This document shows, piece after piece, positions 5,317-7,419 of a DNA stretch of 7,419 nt (within the stretch, counting starts at the first letter, position 1; every line of letters begins with the position of its first letter). Source of the DNA: Candidatus Heimdallarchaeota archaeon B3_Heim (lineage in GTDB: Archaea > Asgardarchaeota > Heimdallarchaeia > Hodarchaeales > Hodarchaeaceae). Position numbers and translations under genes: made by a program. The stretch spans positions 1-7,419 of the forward strand of contig NJBF01000085.1 in assembly GCA_003144275.1 (NCBI GenBank), in the 5' to 3' direction. Below the pieces are notes generated by a model, which ran no database searches, was not told the DNA's origin, and saw only the letters and a program-made list of their open reading frames with translations.

Positions 5317-5979
5317 ATTGAATTTCTTCGCGAGTGCATCATATAAACAGTCAAAAAATGTATGCATCTCTTGTGTGCTGTTTTCTACAAAACCCTTGTT
5401 CAAAACGATTCTCTCGTGTTTGTCAATATCCAATACGGTAATGTCTTTGATGAAATTTTTAATTGTGTCTGTATCTTTACGATTCTTTAGAGAACCTTCA
5501 ACATGAACGATGCAGTTTCTTATAAGATTAAGATTTTGGGATAAGTTAATGTAATACTTGCATTTGGACGTGTCAATTCCTACTTGGTTCTCAAGGTATT
5601 CCACTCCTCGTGCGATCACACCTGGGGTGTTGTCTTTGAAATCTTTTGAAATAGAAAATATCCGACGAGCAGTTCGACAAAGTCCAATTATATTGGCCTC
5701 TACCATACTCATTAGACTAGCGAACAGCGCATACCGCTGAAGACGAGGAAAGTCAGTTTCGACCTGAAAGATGTCTTCTGCATAAAATTCGGCCAAGAGC
5801 GAAGCCTCGTTCTCATCATTCACGGAACTAAGTTTCTTGGCAGCATCTGATTCTCTCCGCTTTCGCTCAGTTTGCAGAGCATTTTCAATAAAGCGTGCCA
5901 ATTCCTCGAATCTTTCTCGGTCGCAAGATGCTTTCTCGCGTCTCGCGCATAGAAGTACTTTGGCTCCAATGGTCCTCAT
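5290..5979 (-). CDS. Putative HEPN-domain protein (candidate RNase), 229 aa
   Basis: Predominantly helical sequence with the RxxxxH motif IRNCIVH (5520-5503) followed by xxG. ATG at 5979 is preceded by the A-rich leader AATTAAAAAA. The family call rests on this motif and its context only. Confidence 0.72.
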   Translation of the reverse strand: MRTIGAKVLLCARREKASCDRERFEELARFIENALQTERKRRESDAAKKLSSVNDENEASLLAEFYAEDIFQVETDFPRLQRYALFASLMSMVEANIIGLCRTARRIFSISKDFKDNTPGVIARGVEYLENQVGIDTSKCKYYINLSQNLNLIRNCIVHVEGSLKNRKDTDTIKNFIKDITVLDIDKHERIVLNKGFVENSTQEMHTFFDCLYDALAKKFNTQQIAPVN

Positions 5980-6067
5980 TTTTTTAATTAATAATTTACA
6001 AACTATTAACAAGCTGAAGAAGTAGTAACAATTTTTACCGCACTTTCCTTTTGCTTAACTTCAATGT

Positions 6068-6970
6068 CTATTTTAACAATAATACTGGATCAAAAACTTT
6101 ATCTGTCTCTCCAAATACCATCTCAAATGCTTTATAGTCGTTATTAGAAAGAAAACAGTTATTACTTTCAATAAGCTTCCCATTATTTATATATGAATAT
6201 ATGCTTATATTTTTTGCGATCTCATTTAATTTTTTGTCCCAAACTCTATCTATTTTTGGGTCAATTGAATAATCACAGTATAACATTACATATGTGGCAA
6301 TATCGTGAAGCACTGCGACTCAGTATATATGTTCTAATACTTTGGCCATTTCTTCATTTTTTTTCTCTTTCCTTAAGTTCTGTATCAAAGCTCGGCATTT
6401 CTTTCTTTCTTCTCTTAAAGCCCCTAAAGGAATTAATTGAATACTTGCATAATCAAAGTCAGGTTCAAACTCAATCTCACCAGACCAACGTTTTGCTTTA
6501 CTCATTAATTCTTGAACATTGATTGACTTGTTTTGGACTTGTTCCAATATACTCAAAGCATAATTAAGGTCGCGAACTTGCTTTTTCTCAATAAGTATGG
6601 AGGCAAGTGCAATATTGGCTTCTTCATTATTTGGGTCAATCTTTAAAGCTTCATTTAATATGAAAATAGCCCTTTTTAATGGAGTTGTTTTATCTTGATT
6701 TTTTCTACGATACCATATGGAGAAAAGCTCCCATCCTTTGCCTGTAAGAGTAAACAACTTTGGACTTGAATACTTTTTAGCATTCTGCTCAAATATTAAA
6801 AGATCTTCTTGCATTTTCTTTTCCCATATAGGCCAGTCATCGGTCATTGAGTAGCTTGCATATATCCCGGTACCCATTAAGACACTCTCAGCATAATTAA
6901 TAAGGTCTGTTTCACTTAATGAATCAATCTTTTTCTTTAAGCCTAAAATATTGCCAATAATACTGTTCAT
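6068..6970 (-). pseudogene. TPR-like hypothetical protein of about 300 codons interrupted by one in-frame TGA at 6320-6322
   Basis: Track ORFs 6320..7000 and 6068..6313 share a frame: ...EHIY-TGA-VAVLHDIATYV... A TPR-like segment reads RAIFILNEALKIDPNNEEANIALASILIE. ATG at 6970 after TTTAAACAGA is preferred over TTG at 7000. Confidence 0.75.
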
Positions 6971-7063
6971 TCTGTTTAAATTATATATGACACAATTCAA
7001 TAATAATCATTCCTGTTTCAAGTTATAAATTAATTATCACCCGGATTGTTGTTTTCGCCTTGT

Positions 7064-7192
7064 GCATAACGGGAGTGTATGAAAAGTTGCCGACTTCGAA
7101 GCGATTCCTTATTAAGATACACTGACCTTGAGACGGGCTAAAACGCCTAAATTTACTGCTATCACGGCAATTTTTTATACACATTGTTGTAA
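7064..7192 (-). other. attC-like recombination site (129 bp, Bacteroidota-type)
   Basis: Minus strand: TTACAAC (R''-like, 7192-7186), arm GTGTATAAAAAATTGCCG (7182-7165), 72-bp centre, arm CGGCAACTTTTCATACAC (7092-7075), then GTTATGC (7070-7064, fits GTTRRRY except at one position). The arms pair 16/18. The site starts 8 bp after the upstream stop and lies between co-oriented genes. Confidence 0.75.
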
Positions 7193-7200
7193 GCTGGCTG

Positions 7201-7419
7201 TTATTTATCCTTATCAATTTTATTTAGTTTTATATCAATGTCCCAAAAGATTTTTTTGTCTCCTTTAAAATCAAATGTTTTATTATCCTTAACCAGAAAT
7301 CCAGATAATTTATCTTCATTAAAGGCTAAATAATCAGCTTGAAATAACAAATATTCATAAACCTTTAGCAAACTTATATGCTTTCGTTTTCCTTTCAAAA
7401 AATTAACGCATATATCAAA
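7201..7419 (-). CDS. C-terminal 72 aa of a hypothetical protein; 5' end outside the window
   Basis: The frame is open to the window edge (FDICVNFLKGKRKHISLLKVYEYLL...KIDKDK*), so the track's TTG at 7398 is not necessarily the start. The stop TAA directly precedes the attC-like site. Confidence 0.7.
   Translation of the reverse strand, partial: FDICVNFLKGKRKHISLLKVYEYLLFQADYLAFNEDKLSGFLVKDNKTFDFKGDKKIFWDIDIKLNKIDKDK

Noticed and set aside
5109-6025. Track ORFs 5109..5354, 5164..5346, 5294..5506, 5558..5740 and 5837..6025
   Set aside because: They are short frames overlapping or antisense to the HEPN gene, or translations of the structured intergenic region, with no motifs.
6280-6322. Selenocysteine recoding of the TGA at 6320-6322
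   Set aside because: Only a weak stem follows the codon, the context is not a redox motif, and no sel genes are visible. A nonsense mutation is simpler.
6193-6522. Track ORF 6193..6522 (+)
   Set aside because: It is antisense to the TPR-like gene, with low-complexity L/F/S composition typical of shadow frames.
7023-7217. 64-aa track ORF (-)
   Set aside because: It is a translation of the attC-like site itself and overlaps the upstream gene's stop.

Overview
AT-rich bacterial DNA, most likely Bacteroidota: TAnnTTTG promoter boxes, A-rich leaders without Shine-Dalgarno motifs, and a Bacteroidota-type tRNA-Glu. It has three zones. (1) 1-1343 is a nested mobile-element pile-up that the ORF track misses. 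An IS4-family (IS231-like) DDE transposase runs off the left edge. Its terminal inverted repeat abuts an 11-bp GGG-N5-CCC target inside REP-like hairpins, which follow a 5'-truncated IS200-like/REP-associated HUH (Y1) transposase. (2) 1528-4317 looks like host backbone: an MBL-fold hydrolase divergent from zupT, a small outer-membrane beta-barrel gene and tRNA-Glu(TTC). (3) 4318-7419 is an accessory region directly behind the tRNA with all genes on the minus strand. It holds a NYN/PIN-like nuclease whose N-terminus is replaced in frame by an IS21-like end, a HEPN (RxxxxH) protein, a TPR-like gene split by one in-frame TGA, and a partial gene. A clear attC-like site lies at 7064-7192 and a degenerate one near 5201-5316. 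The best lead is a decaying integron-like cassette array in a Bacteroidota host carrying candidate defence RNases. No integrase is visible in the window. All family assignments come from motif recognition by eye; no database searches were run.
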